A stretch of 59,289 nt of DNA, filler included, from Squatina squatina (taxonomy: Eukaryota): the NCBI GenBank assembly GCA_031763465.1. It is 4 parts of 3 records of this genome, joined end to end, with 100 filler letters (N's around TTAATTAATTAA, not from the genome) between each part and the next. Parts side by side here need not be neighbours in the genome. Positions count along the whole stretch, not along the records: positions 28,183 to 44,006 come from JARFOE010000203.1; positions 44,107 to 59,289 come from JARFOE010000235.1; 2 more parts are not named here. One strand, given 5' to 3'. A model generated the notes under the pieces. It had not been told where the DNA came from and made no database searches. It worked only from the letters and a program-made list of their open reading frames with translations. Position 1 is the stretch's first letter. Every line of letters begins with the position of its first letter. Below, piece after piece: positions 36,528 through 48,088 of this stretch. Position numbers and translations under genes: made by a program.

Positions 36528-39500
36528 NNNNNNNNNNNNNNNNNNNNNNNNNNNNNNNNNNNNNNNNNNNNNNNNNNNNNNNNNNNNNNNNNNNNNNNNN
36601 NNNNNNNNNNNNNNNNNNNNNNNNNNNAATAGTGACACAAGCACTTCTACTTCAATGAACTTTAGAGCAACTGGAGAAAAGAAAAAATTGCAGGAATGTG
36701 GGGAAAGAGCAGGGAAGTGGGACTAACTGGACTGCTCTTCGAAAGAGCCAGCCAGCAGAGACTCGATGGGCCTTCTTCTGTGCTGTACTATTCTATGATT
36801 CTAAGTGGCCCTTTCAAAGTGGCCTCTTCAGGCATCTCACTGAAACCCAGCCAAATAAGATGACTCCGCAAGCACAATGAATTTGTTAATACATTTCCTC
36901 ATATCCTGTCTGGCCACTCCCCAGAGTTGCTGCTGCGACTCTCCCAACATGACTGGCATGGGAATCAAACCCCGAGGGTTTTCAGCAACTGTTTTTGAAA
37001 TATCTGCTATAAGGCACCTATGTAACCAACTAGGAATGCTAACCTCAAAAACTCAGTCATAAAAATTGTGCAAACATGATACTTCCTGCCTCAGAACTCT
37101 GCTTGGAGAAAGGGAATTCAAAGGAACTGCAGCACGCAAAATTAAATCAGTGTTGTGCTCTACCAGATCCTAAGCTGCAATTAAAATAAACCTGTCCACC
37201 TTTAAAGTTGAATCTGGTGGCCCAACCCAGATATAATTTCTTATTTTTGTACTTCCTTTTCAGGAAAAGGATCAGGAACTCGAGGGTATTTTCCCCCACA
37301 AAGAATTTTTAAAAAGTGTGAGAAAACTGAAACTACGCAAGCATCCAGTGTTATAGTCCCCAAAGCAGGATCTCATGGCTATTCCGAGTCCACCCATCCT
37401 GTGTTCTTGTGCAGGAAACTGCATACACGTACCAGGTTTAGCGGTGCTAAGAAGCAGACAGGAAAAGTTACTTTTTTTGCATATCACTACTTTGCACTTT
37501 TAGCAAAACTGTATATATGGTCGCTCCAAAGATTACAGATTTGACTTGCTTCTCCTCCNNNNNNNNNNNNNNNNNNNNNNNNNNNNNNNNNNNNNNNNNN
37601 NNNNNNNNNNNNNNNNNNNNNNNNNNNNNNNNNNNNNNNNNNNNNNNNNNNNNNNNNNCATAGGTAGTAGGTTGTTATTAATGGCAGCGTTTCTACATGA
37701 ATCTCTCTTTAAAAAAAAAAGTTCACAACCATTCCGTGAGGCTCTAGCAAAAGCAACACATATTTGGATGTACTGCTAGGACAATCCAATCAAATACGAA
37801 ACAAAAAAGATGATACTGTCCTTAGACAAGACCTTGATTAGGTCTCGTCTAGAATACTGTGTCTTGCTTTGGTCCACTTAAAGTGGTGGGTGAATGAGAT
37901 ACTGGAAAAAGTTCAGAGGAGTGCCACTGCATGGATAACTAGATTGAAGGCCCTTAGGTAATAAATTTTGCAGCTATCTGAACTTCATTATTTTCACTTA
38001 TCCCTTCTTCTCTTCCTGTTGATCGCTGCAACCACCAACAGGTGGGGAGGAGCAGCACGTCAAGAATCAAATTGGTGGGGAGCGCCAGCAACACTGGGTC
38101 TCAGATGAGCTTTAAATTGCTCTTCTCTTATTTTCTTTTCCTTCTGAGAATTTTCAGATTTGATAAATGGCCAACACACCACCAAGCTTCTTTTATATTG
38201 TTGCTATTTTAATTAGGATTCCAGGAGCCTGGCATCCATGAGCCAGCTCCTGGCTTTTAAACCACTAAATCCAGCATCTTTATCTTGGCAGAAGTCAAGC
38301 TTTTTTGTGGTTAGGAGTCTGTCACTGGGATGAGGAAGCTGGATTTTGCAGTGTAAACAGGAGATGACTCACGTCTTCAAGAGTCCAAAATAATGGCGCT
38401 AGTATAAAAGCAGATTAGATTACGGTGAAAATCCCATGCATTGGGTTAATGAGTTTCAGTAAAAATCTGTTCAGGGTGTCAGTCAGTCTCAGTATCAATA
38501 CTTCATTGAAATGTGGAGTGAGGGCATGGGCATGGAGCGTCGCATTTGAAATCTTCCTGATGTGAATGTTTGTTTGAACTCTGAATGAACTGATTGGAGT
38601 GGAGAGATGTGTGACCCCGACAGAGCTGGAAACTGTGGCTGTAATAAGCTCTTCAGAAGGTATTTCGCAATGCCTAGCAAGTGAATGTTCTGAAGTGAAA
38701 ATCAGCCCTTATGCAGGCCATACTTCAAATGTACCCAGAGTGCCAGAACCTGCTGCACAGTGCACGGCAGGTAGTACAGATGCATTGCAGAACAGGACTT
38801 TGATCCACTGTCACTGAAGGAAAGTTTTTGAGGCGGTGTTTATTTTCTGCTGTCTGATACAAAGGTCAGGCTGCTGTGAGCCAGGAGCTGAAACTCCCCG
38901 CTTCCTTTTCGAGTAGTTTAAATCTAATGTGGCGATCCAAGCTACTCCCTTTGTTTGTGTTGTGAAGCAGAGCTCGGTTTACAGCGTATCAACATTTGAA
39001 ATTGAAAGCACTTTACTGGCAGCTACACGCATTATTCTATCTGCAGATATGGTTGTCTCCATCAGTATTATGTTACTAACTGATGTATACAAAGAGACTT
39101 TCTTTACTTCAGAAGACAATCAAAAAATTGTACAAGGTTGTTCCTCCAGACCAGAGTGAAGCTTCTGATTTTCTAGTAACTCAATCAGGTCTCTCATTTA
39201 ACCTGAACAAAAATTGAAATTGAATCAAAGAAATTACAGCGCAGAAGGAGGCCGGTTGACCATCATGCCTGTGTCAGTGCTAATTCTTTAACTGGAGTTA
39301 TCTACTCTAATCTCATTTTCCTGCTTGTTTCCCTTATCCCAGTTTGCTTCTAAGCGCTGCTNNNNNNNNNNNNNNNNNNNNNNNNNNNNNNNNNNNNNNN
39401 NNNNNNNNNNNNNNNNNNNNNNNNNNNNNNNNNNNNNNNNNNNNNNNNNNNNNNNNNNNNNTCTCATATTCTTTCATGCAGTACTCAACAGACACCACTG

Positions 39501-39727
39501 CTTCCTCGATATCATTTTCCTGGCATCAACTCGAGGGATGGTTGGATTCCCAGTGCTAAGGGCGAGAGAGACAGACAGGGACCTCTATTGGGCCAGTATG
39601 GATGGCATACCTTAGTATCTTCACTGAAAAAGAAAACCAAATTGAGCCAACAGGCTCATTGGGGGTTAAGCATTGGTGCTTAACCCAGTAAGGCACAGTG
39701 TCCTTGTTAGGGAGGTTTCAAGGATAA

Positions 39728-39970
<243 letters not shown>

Positions 39971-40064
39971 TGACTCGGCATGTTTAACGTGATGTTAGTT
40001 TGGAGAAGGTGGAATGGATGGTAAAATGGGTTTGGACACTGGCCTGACCCTTCATCTCTGGGCC

Positions 40065-40207
40065 CGCATTATTACCTCTGGTGTCCCCCAAGATTCTACC
40101 CTTGGCCCCCTCCTATTTCTCATCTACACGTTACCCATTGGCGACATCATTCAAAAACACAGCGTCAGTTTCCACATGTACGCTGATGACACCCACCTCT
40201 TCCTCAC
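40065..40207 (+). mobile_element. L2-clade LINE RT fragment
   Basis: TSGVPQDSTLGPLLFLIYTLPIGDIIQKHSVSFHMYADDT. Confidence 0.88.
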
Positions 40208-41984
40208 NNNNNNNNNNNNNNNNNNNNNNNNNNNNNNNNNNNNNNNNNNNNNNNNNNNNNNNNNNNNNNNNNNNNNNNNNNNNNNNNNNNNNNNNNNNNN
40301 NNNNNNNCTTTTATAACATGAGAGAGGGCCCTCAGAAGCAAAGCGGTTTAGAACCCCTGGCCTCTTGCAGCAGTGTCCAGATTAATGGTTTATTCCTGGC
40401 AACTCCAGGACAATCCTGAAAGGTTGAAATCCTAGCTGCAGGCCAACAATGGATGTGAACAATCAGGTCTGCCTGTGATGCCCTCCTTGGTAGCGCAAGA
40501 CTCAATAGGAGGAATGTAATTTTTACTCCAGAAAAACCTTGGTAGTTGAGCTAAGATGGGGCTTTATGGGTTTTTTTCAGGTTTCACTCATGAGTTATAC
40601 CAGTGTGTATGCTGCAGCTCTCTGTCTAGAGTGAGGATGTAACTTTTAATAGAGAAACCAAGATGAAGGATCCAAGTTCCCAAAGCTCAGGACACTGCCA
40701 AAGTTTAACAGAGTAAAAGAGAAGGTGGGGTAAATCAGAAAGTACTGATTAGGTGACAGCAAGCTTGAGTTTTTGAACCAAAGATCGTAGAAAGACTTGG
40801 AACATCAGATTTTATAATGCATGCTGGGATGCTTGATAACCTTTGGAGCTGATGACCAGTCTATTAAAAAAGGAAATCTTCATGTTTTGCTTTTTTGCTG
40901 CTCCTGTAGGGGTGGTGCATAAATAGGAAGCCTGCGGTCTTTATTTTTGTTACAAATATTTAGGTGACTACATTTTTAGGGTGGCATCAAGATGTCTTTT
41001 GCATTTGTTCTTCACTGCTGCAATGAGTGAAAGCCTTTGTACAGGCAGAAAAAGATCAAATTCAGTGCAATTTGAATTCTGCTTTCTGTCTAGCCAATAG
41101 ATTCTGTTGAATCTCTGATATTATCTGGATCTGGGGTTTCTGCACCGGCTGCTTCCTTCCTGTGTCAAGAGGTAGTTAGATGGTTTATTTCAATTTCTAC
41201 CGAAGCTGTAACATCCTCGTACTGTGTGTGTATAAAGAAATATATATATATATATATATATAATATGCAGTACATTATGCAGTCCATCCTAGCAGTCTAA
41301 ATGGCAAAATTATGGAAAAGGAGGCAAAAAGGTTCAATCTCCGCAAGATTTTCTCAATTAATCGACGCAAAAAATGCCAACCTGAAATCTGCAACTTGGA
41401 CCTATCAGACTGTGTTCAGGTACTTGTGTGTCTGTTTGTAAGTACTGTATATTGCTGCTGGCTAGATTATAGGTAAAGGTATTAGAAAAAAATGTTTTGT
41501 GTTTGTCTCTCAAGTAATGTCCCTTTTAAGCAGCAGTTTCTACCAAAATTGTATATTTTGGGTTATGGTTTAAACATGTGAAAACAACCATGTTACAGGG
41601 ACAGTGATGCTTGTTCTAGGAGTTTTTGTACTGGTCACACTGTGTGGTGGTAGGCATACTAGTTGTATTGTGCTTAGTGAAGTAGTTGGAGTGCTGTACA
41701 TAGGACATTGTCAGAAGTCACACAAAATTGCATGCTCTGAATTAGCTTTCGGCTTTCAGTGGCAGCTGACTCTGAAGCTTCAATGTTAAAATAAGCTGCA
41801 TTGTCGCTGCTGGAACTTGTCGGGGCTCCATGATGCACTACAGTTGCTGTTCAGTGTTGTAATGAAAAACACCACTGCACATAGTCTCTAGTTTTTAGTT
41901 AATTGCAGGTGAGTTCAGAGAAAAGGGAATCTGTGATGCTTGATCGATTTTGGAGAGGGAACTAAACCACCCAATTGGCATACA

Positions 41985-43146
41985 GAATATGGTATATCGG
42001 TATCAACGACATAGGTAGAAAGAGGGATGCATTCCTGCAGCAGAAAGAGATTAAAAAGCAGGACATCAAAGGTAGTAATCTCTGGATTACTCCTGGTGCC
42101 ACTAGCTGGTGAGTATCGAAATAGGAGGATAGAGTAGATGAATATTGCTGACGAAGGGTCATCGATCTGAAACGTTAACTCTTTTTCTCTCCACAGATGC
42201 TGCCTGACCTGCTGAGTATTTCCAGCATTTTCTGTTTCTATATTAGATCAGATGAATGCATGGCTGGAAAGATGGTGCAGTAGGGAGGGTTTTAGATTCC
42301 TAGGACATTGGGACCAGTTCTGGAAGAGGTGGTACCTGTATAGGCCGGATGGGTTACACCTCAACAGAGCTGGGACCAGTTTCTTCGTGGGAGGGGGCGG
42401 GTTGCTAGTGCTGTTGGGGAGAGTTTAAACTAATTTGGCAGGGAATGGACACCAGGATGTAGCATTAGAAAGGAGAAACGAGGTGTCCAAAGGATTGGGA
42501 GTAACAGATAGCACTGGAATAAGAAATAGTATGATATTAGGTGGGGTCAGACTAAGAGAGAATACAAGAAGGTCTAAGTTGGGTTTACAGTGCATGTGTA
42601 TGAATGCACAAAGTGTGGTAAATCAGGTTGGTGAGCTGCAGGCGCAAATAGACAAATGGGAATATGATTTTTTTTTAGCAATAACGGAGATCTAGCTCAA
42701 AAAAGGGCAGAATTGGGCACTAAATATTCCTGGATATAAGGTAGGGATGGAAAGAAAGGTGGTGGGGTGGCAGTAATGATTAAGGAGAATATTACAATAC
42801 TGGAGAGAGAGGATGTCCTGGAGGGGTCAAGGACAGAACCTATTTGGTTAGAATTGAAAAACAACAGAGGTGCCATTACACTACTAGGTGTATTTTATAG
42901 GCCGCCAACTAGTGGGAAGGATATAAAGGAGCAAATTTGCAGGGAAATTATGGAGAGGTTCAAGAACTATAGAGTAGTGATAATGGGGGACTTCAGCTAC
43001 CCTAATATAGACTGAGTAATAGTGTAAAGGGCAGAGAGGGTGAAGAATTTCTGAAGTGTGTTCAGGATAACTTTCTTGATCAGTATGTTTCCAGCCTGAT
43101 GAGGAAGAAAGCATTGCTGGATCTTGTTCTGTGGAATGAGATGGGT
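41985..43146 (+). mobile_element. CR1 LINE ORF1 end / ORF2 endonuclease, degenerate, with a nested insertion
   Basis: LQCMCMNAQSVVNQVGEL, IWLELKNNRGAITLLGVFYRPP and VVIMGDFSYPNID. Confidence 0.9.
42144..42243 (+). mobile_element. Penelope-like element terminal fragment nested in CR1, with a hammerhead-like motif
   Basis: Matches 55020-55130(-); flanked by imperfect duplication TAGAGTAGATGAAT (42130-42143) / TAGATCAGATGAAT (42244-42257). Confidence 0.75.
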
Positions 43147-43733
43147 NNNNNNNNNNNNNNNNNNNNNNNNNNNNNNNNNNNNNNNNNNNNNNNNNNNNNN
43201 NNNNNNNNNNNNNNNNNNNNNNNNNNNNNNNNNNNNNNNNNNNNNNGAAACAGAGTTAACGTTTCAGGTTGATGACCTTTCGTACCAAATTTGTAATTTG
43301 TTCAAGATGCTTCCCAAATAAATAGCTGAGTCCTGGGTGTTCCTTGGGTGTCTGACTATGCCCTATAGTTAGTTTAGTCTCCTGTGACGTGTCCGCTGTG
43401 TATCCAGGGCAAGATATTTGACTGTCGGAGTATCATTTTGCCTTACATGGTCGTGGTTCTTCACAATTAATGTTTATAACTCGTCTTATCTCTGGGTTGT
43501 TTCTGCAACAAAAAGCATTTTTTGTGTGGCCTGGTCATTTTCCTGACTCTCAATCCTCTACCAGAAGGTCTATAGTCTGGCTCCTACTAGGAGTTATACT
43601 CCTGCCATCATAGCTCTTGGGTCATAGGAGTATGCAAGCCTTCCCATTACTTCAGGGTGCAGTCCCTAGGGAAGGAGTCCTTGAGTGGACCATCAAGAAT
43701 CTATGATTTATAGTTTCTATTTTGCTTTTGCAG

Positions 43734-43815
43734 GTGTTTCTGGTGAGAAAGATCAAAGCACCTGATTCAGGTCAGCTCTATGCCATGAAGGTCCTGAAGA
43801 AAGCAACACTGAAAG
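43734..43815 (+). CDS. p90 RSK (RPS6KA1/2/3/6 family) N-terminal kinase exon (VFLVRKIKAPDSGQLYAMKVLKKATLK)
   Basis: ttgcag acceptor, G|gtagga donor, 82 nt; the paralog cannot be resolved from one exon. Confidence 0.92.
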
Positions 43816-44006
43816 GTAGGATCCTGATCAACACACAACAGAGACAGTGTTCATAGAGGATGCAATGATCAGCAGAAGGGCTTATGAAGGATGGAGGGGG
43901 CAGTGGAAGAACAGTATTAATGGGCAATATATTGTGTCCTGAATGCTGAATATAATGGGGCTGAAATTGTGATCCCCCAGGTGGTTACGATATTCCCACG
44001 CACCCG

Positions 44007-44106
44007 NNNNNNNNNNNNNNNNNNNNNNNNNNNNNNNNNNNNNNNNNNNNTTAATTAATTAANNNNNNNNNNNNNNNNNNNNNNNNNNNNNNNNNNNNNN
44101 NNNNNN
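44007..44106. other. Artificial scaffold linker (44 N, TTAATTAATTAA, 44 N)
   Basis: Identical to the other linkers. Confidence 0.97.
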
Positions 44107-44149
44107 CTGTGGGTTTGAGCCCCACTCCAGGGCGGGATGAGAAGTTAAA

Positions 44150-44365
44150 CCATGCAGCTGCCCTCTCAGGTTGAATGTAAAAGATCCCACGGCCACTATT
44201 TTGAAAAGTAGCAGGAGGGAGTTCTCCCCGGTGTTCTGGGGCCAATACGTAACCCTCAACCAACATCACTGAAACAGATGATCTGGCCACGATCACATTG
44301 CTGTTTGTGGGAGCTTGCTGTGCGCAAATTGGCTGCTGCGTTTCCCACATTACAATACTTCAAAA
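44150..44365 (+). mobile_element. Deu-domain SINE, interrupted by RTE
   Basis: GCTGTTTGTGGGAGCTTGCTGTGCGCAAATTGGCTGCTGCGTTTCCCACATTACAA. Confidence 0.8.
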
Positions 44366-47300
44366 AGTCTGCCTTAGGCAGTCCCTTGGGTTCGAGGATG
44401 GCTTGCTTCCACTCTGGAGAGACTCGAAACGGTCGGCGCCTTTGCGGATGCTTCTCCTCCATTGCGGGCGATCTCGGGCCAAGGATTCCCATGAGTTGGT
44501 GGGGATGTTGCATTTTTTCAATGAGGCTTTGAGGATGTCCATATAGCACTTCCTCTGTCCTCCTCGGAGACGTTTGCCATGATGGAGTTCGGAATATAGT
44601 GCTTGTTTCGGGAGTCTTCAATCAGGCATGCGGACAATGTGACTCACCCATCGCAGTTGGTTGCGCATGCCCAGTGCCTCGATGCTGGGGATGTTGGCCT
44701 GAGAGAGGACGCTGATGTTGGTGCATTTATCCTGCCAGCTGATTTGCAGAATTTTGTAGAGGCAGCGTCGGTGGTATTTCTCTAGTGCTTTGAGGTGTCT
44801 GCTGTACAGTGGCCATGTTTCCGATGCGTACAGGAGGACAGGTTTCACTGCTGCCCTGTATTCCATGAGCTTGGTGCCGGGTCTGAGGTCTTTGTCTTCA
44901 AACACTCTCTTCCTCAGGCACTCGAAGGCTGTGCTGGCGACAATGTTGTATTTTGTCGTCTAAATCTGCCCTTGTTGAGAGCAGGCTCCCAAGGTATGGA
45001 AAGTGTTCCACGTTGTCCAGGNNNNNNNNNNNNNNNNNNNNNNNNNNNNNNNNNNNNNNNNNNNNNNNNNNNNNNNNNNNNNNNNNNNNNNNNNNNNNNN
45101 NNNNNNNNNNNNNNNNNNNNNAGATCCGCAAACACGACCGCAGGTGGGATTTGATGGGATGCTCATGTTTCTGCGCGCTCCTTCCGCTGCCTGCGCTTGG
45201 CCTCGACGTGCTCCCGTCAGAGAAACTCGAAGCAGTTGGCGCCTTCACGGATGCTTCTCCTCCATTGCGGGCGGCCTTGGGCCAAGGAGTCAGTGGGGAT
45301 GTTGCACTTTTTCAATGAGGCTTTGAGGACGTCCTTGTAGCGTTTCTCGGAGGCGTTTGCCATGACGGAGTTCGGAATATAGTGCTTGTTTCGGGAGTCT
45401 TGAATTAGGCATGCGGACGATGTGACCCGACCATTGCAGACGGTTGAGCGTGACCAGTGCCTCGATACTGGGGATGTTAGCCTGAGAGAGGATGCTGACA
45501 TGAGTGCATTTATCCTGCTAGTTGACTTGCAGGATTTTGCAGAGGCAGCGTTGGTGGTATTTCTCCAGTGCTTTGAGGTGTCTGCTGTACAGTGACCATA
45601 TCTCTGATGCGTACAGGAGGGCGGGTATCACTGTTGCCCTGCAGACCATGAGCTTGGTGCCGGGTCTGAGTTCTTTGTCTTCAAACACTCTATTCCTCAG
45701 GCACCCGAAGGCTGTGCTGCCACAATGGAGGCGGTGTTGGATTTTGTCATCTATGTCTACCCTTGCTGAGAGGAAGCTCCCGAGGTATGGGAAGTGTTCC
45801 ACGTTGTTCAGGGGCTTGCCATGGATCTTGATATTTGGGGTTGGTGTAGGACCTTTGTCTTGCAAATGTTCAGTGTGAGGCCCATTCTCTCATATGCCTC
45901 AGTGAATAAGTCAATGATGGATTGGAGCTCAGCCTCCGAGTATGCGCACACACAGGCGCAGCTCGATGACAGAGGTTGGGGTGATCTTGGATTTGGATTG
46001 GAGACGACGGATGTTGAAGAGTTTCCCACTCGTCCTGTAGATTANNNNNNNNNNNNNNNNNNNNNNNNNNNNNNNNNNNNNNNNNNNNNNNNNNNNNNNN
46101 NNNNNNNNNNNNNNNNNNNNNNNNNNNNNNNNNNNNNNNNNNNNTGACCCACCCATCGCAGTTGGTTGAGCGTGACCAGTGCCTCGATGCTGGGGATGTT
46201 GGCCTGAGAGAGGATGCTGACGTTGGTGCATTTATCCTGCCAGTTGATTTGCAGGATTTTGCAGAGGCAGCGTTGACGGTATTTCTCCAGTGCTTTGAGG
46301 TGCCTGCTATGCAGTGACCATGTCTCCAATGCATACAGGAGGGTGGGGATCACTGCTGCCCTGTAGACCATGAGCTTGGTGCCGGGTCTGAGGTCTTTGT
46401 CTTCAAACACTCTTTTCCTCAAGTGGCTGAAGGCTGTGCTGGTACACTGGAGGCGGTGTTGGATTTAGTCGTCTATGTCTGCCCTTGATGGGAGGAGGCT
46501 CCCAAGGTATGGGAAGTGTTCCACGTTGTCCAGGGGCTTGCCATGGATCTTGTTATTTCGGGGTTGGTGGTGTGCAGCTGGGGCAGGCTGGTGTAGGACC
46601 TTTGTCTTGTGGATGTTCAGTGCGAGGCCCATTCCTCATATGCCTCAGTGAATAAATCGACGATGGATTGGAGTTCCACCTCCGAGTGTGCACACATGCA
46701 GAGGTTGGGGTGATCTTGGATTTGGGCTAGAGGCGGCGGAGGTTGAAGAGTTTCCCACTCTTCCTGTAGATTAGCTCAACTCCAGCCGGGAGCTTCATGG
46801 AGATGGGATGGAATGTTGCAGCGAGGTTGCAGTTTCAGGCTTGACACTGAACATAAATGAGGTGGCAATTATGGAAAGCGAGATATATGACATCTGTATG
46901 GCATTTTGCCTTATTTAAATACACCACCGGAAATTAGGTTGGAAAATTGCACAGATGCTAAAGTGCATCTGTAACAGAGCCCATTTCCTGTCCCCACCAG
47001 AGCAAATAATGACCAAATTTGCACGGTATTCTTAGGAAAATTCTGGCTAATGATTCTTTCACCTTAACCACTGGTCTGAGGTCATGAAGCTTCTTTGGGC
47101 ACTGGAGCCAAGTCCTGGAGGTGACACTGCTGGCAGTGACAGCCTTGGTAATGTGGTCCCACATCGTTCTTTCTGGAGAGCCCCCTGACCCCTGCGGGTA
47201 GAGGACCTCTCTTGCAGTGTTGATCCCCTGCACAAAGCTGGAAGCTGCTTGCGAGACCCTGGGTGCCACTTCCCTGGCTTGCTGAGCCATTTGTGTGAGT

Positions 47301-48088
47301 ACTGAAGCATTTTACCATTTTTTTAATGTGCAGAAGGCTGTTCAGCTTTACGAGCTGAAGATNNNNNNNNNNNNNNNNNNNNNNNNNNNNNNNNNNNNNN
47401 NNNNNNNNNNNNNNNNNNNNNNNNNNNNNNNNNNNNNNNNNNNNNNNNNNNNNNNNNNNNNNTTATCTATATCTGCTCTCACTGAGAGGAGGTTCCCAAG
47501 GTATGGAAAGTGATGCACGTTGTCCAAGGGCTTGCCGTGGATCTTGATAGTCAGGGGCCAGTGTTGTACGGCGGGAGCAGGCTGGTAAGGGCCCTTTTGT
47601 CTTTCGTATGTTTAGCGTAAGGCCCATTCTCCCATACGCCTCAGTGAATTAATTGACTATGGTTTGGAGCTCGGCCTCAGTGTGCACACAAGCAAGTGTC
47701 ATCTGCGTACTGCAGCTCGATGATCGAGATTGGTTTGGACTTGGGTCTGGACTGGAGGCGACGGAGGTTGAATAGTTTCCTGCTCGTCCTGCTGATTAGC
47801 CCCACTCCAGCGGGGAGCTTCATGGAGATGGGGTGGAATGTTGCGGTGAGGAAGATGGAGAAAAGTGTTGGTGCGAAGACGCAGCTTTGCTTGACCCCAG
47901 TTTGCACTTGAATTGTGTCTGTGGTGAATCCATTGGTGAGGATCACGGTTTGCATGTCATCGTGGAGCTTGAGGAGGATTGTGCCGAATTTTTGCGGGCA
48001 GCCAAATTTGATGATAACCCTTCAGAATCCCTTCTGGTTGACCGAGTCGAAGGTCTTTGAGGTCAAAGAAGGCCGTGTACAGAGGTTG
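44365..48088 (-). mobile_element. Four contigs, each a degenerate RTE LINE RT/3' fragment
   Basis: Repeated FEDKDLRPGTKLMVYRA...LLYASETW...LEKYHQRCL; GVKQSCVFAPTLF...LQYADD at 47677-47955. Confidence 0.92.
47063..47300 (-). mobile_element. Second degenerate Myb/SANT-like (Harbinger-type) exon
   Basis: REVLYPQG...MWDHITKAVTASSVTSRTWLQCPKKLHDL..VVK|gtgaaa; same end position as the 32139 copy. Confidence 0.65.

Noticed and set aside
38480-39205. Possible coding exon in complex non-repetitive sequence
   Set aside because: Stops in all frames I tried and no recognisable homology.
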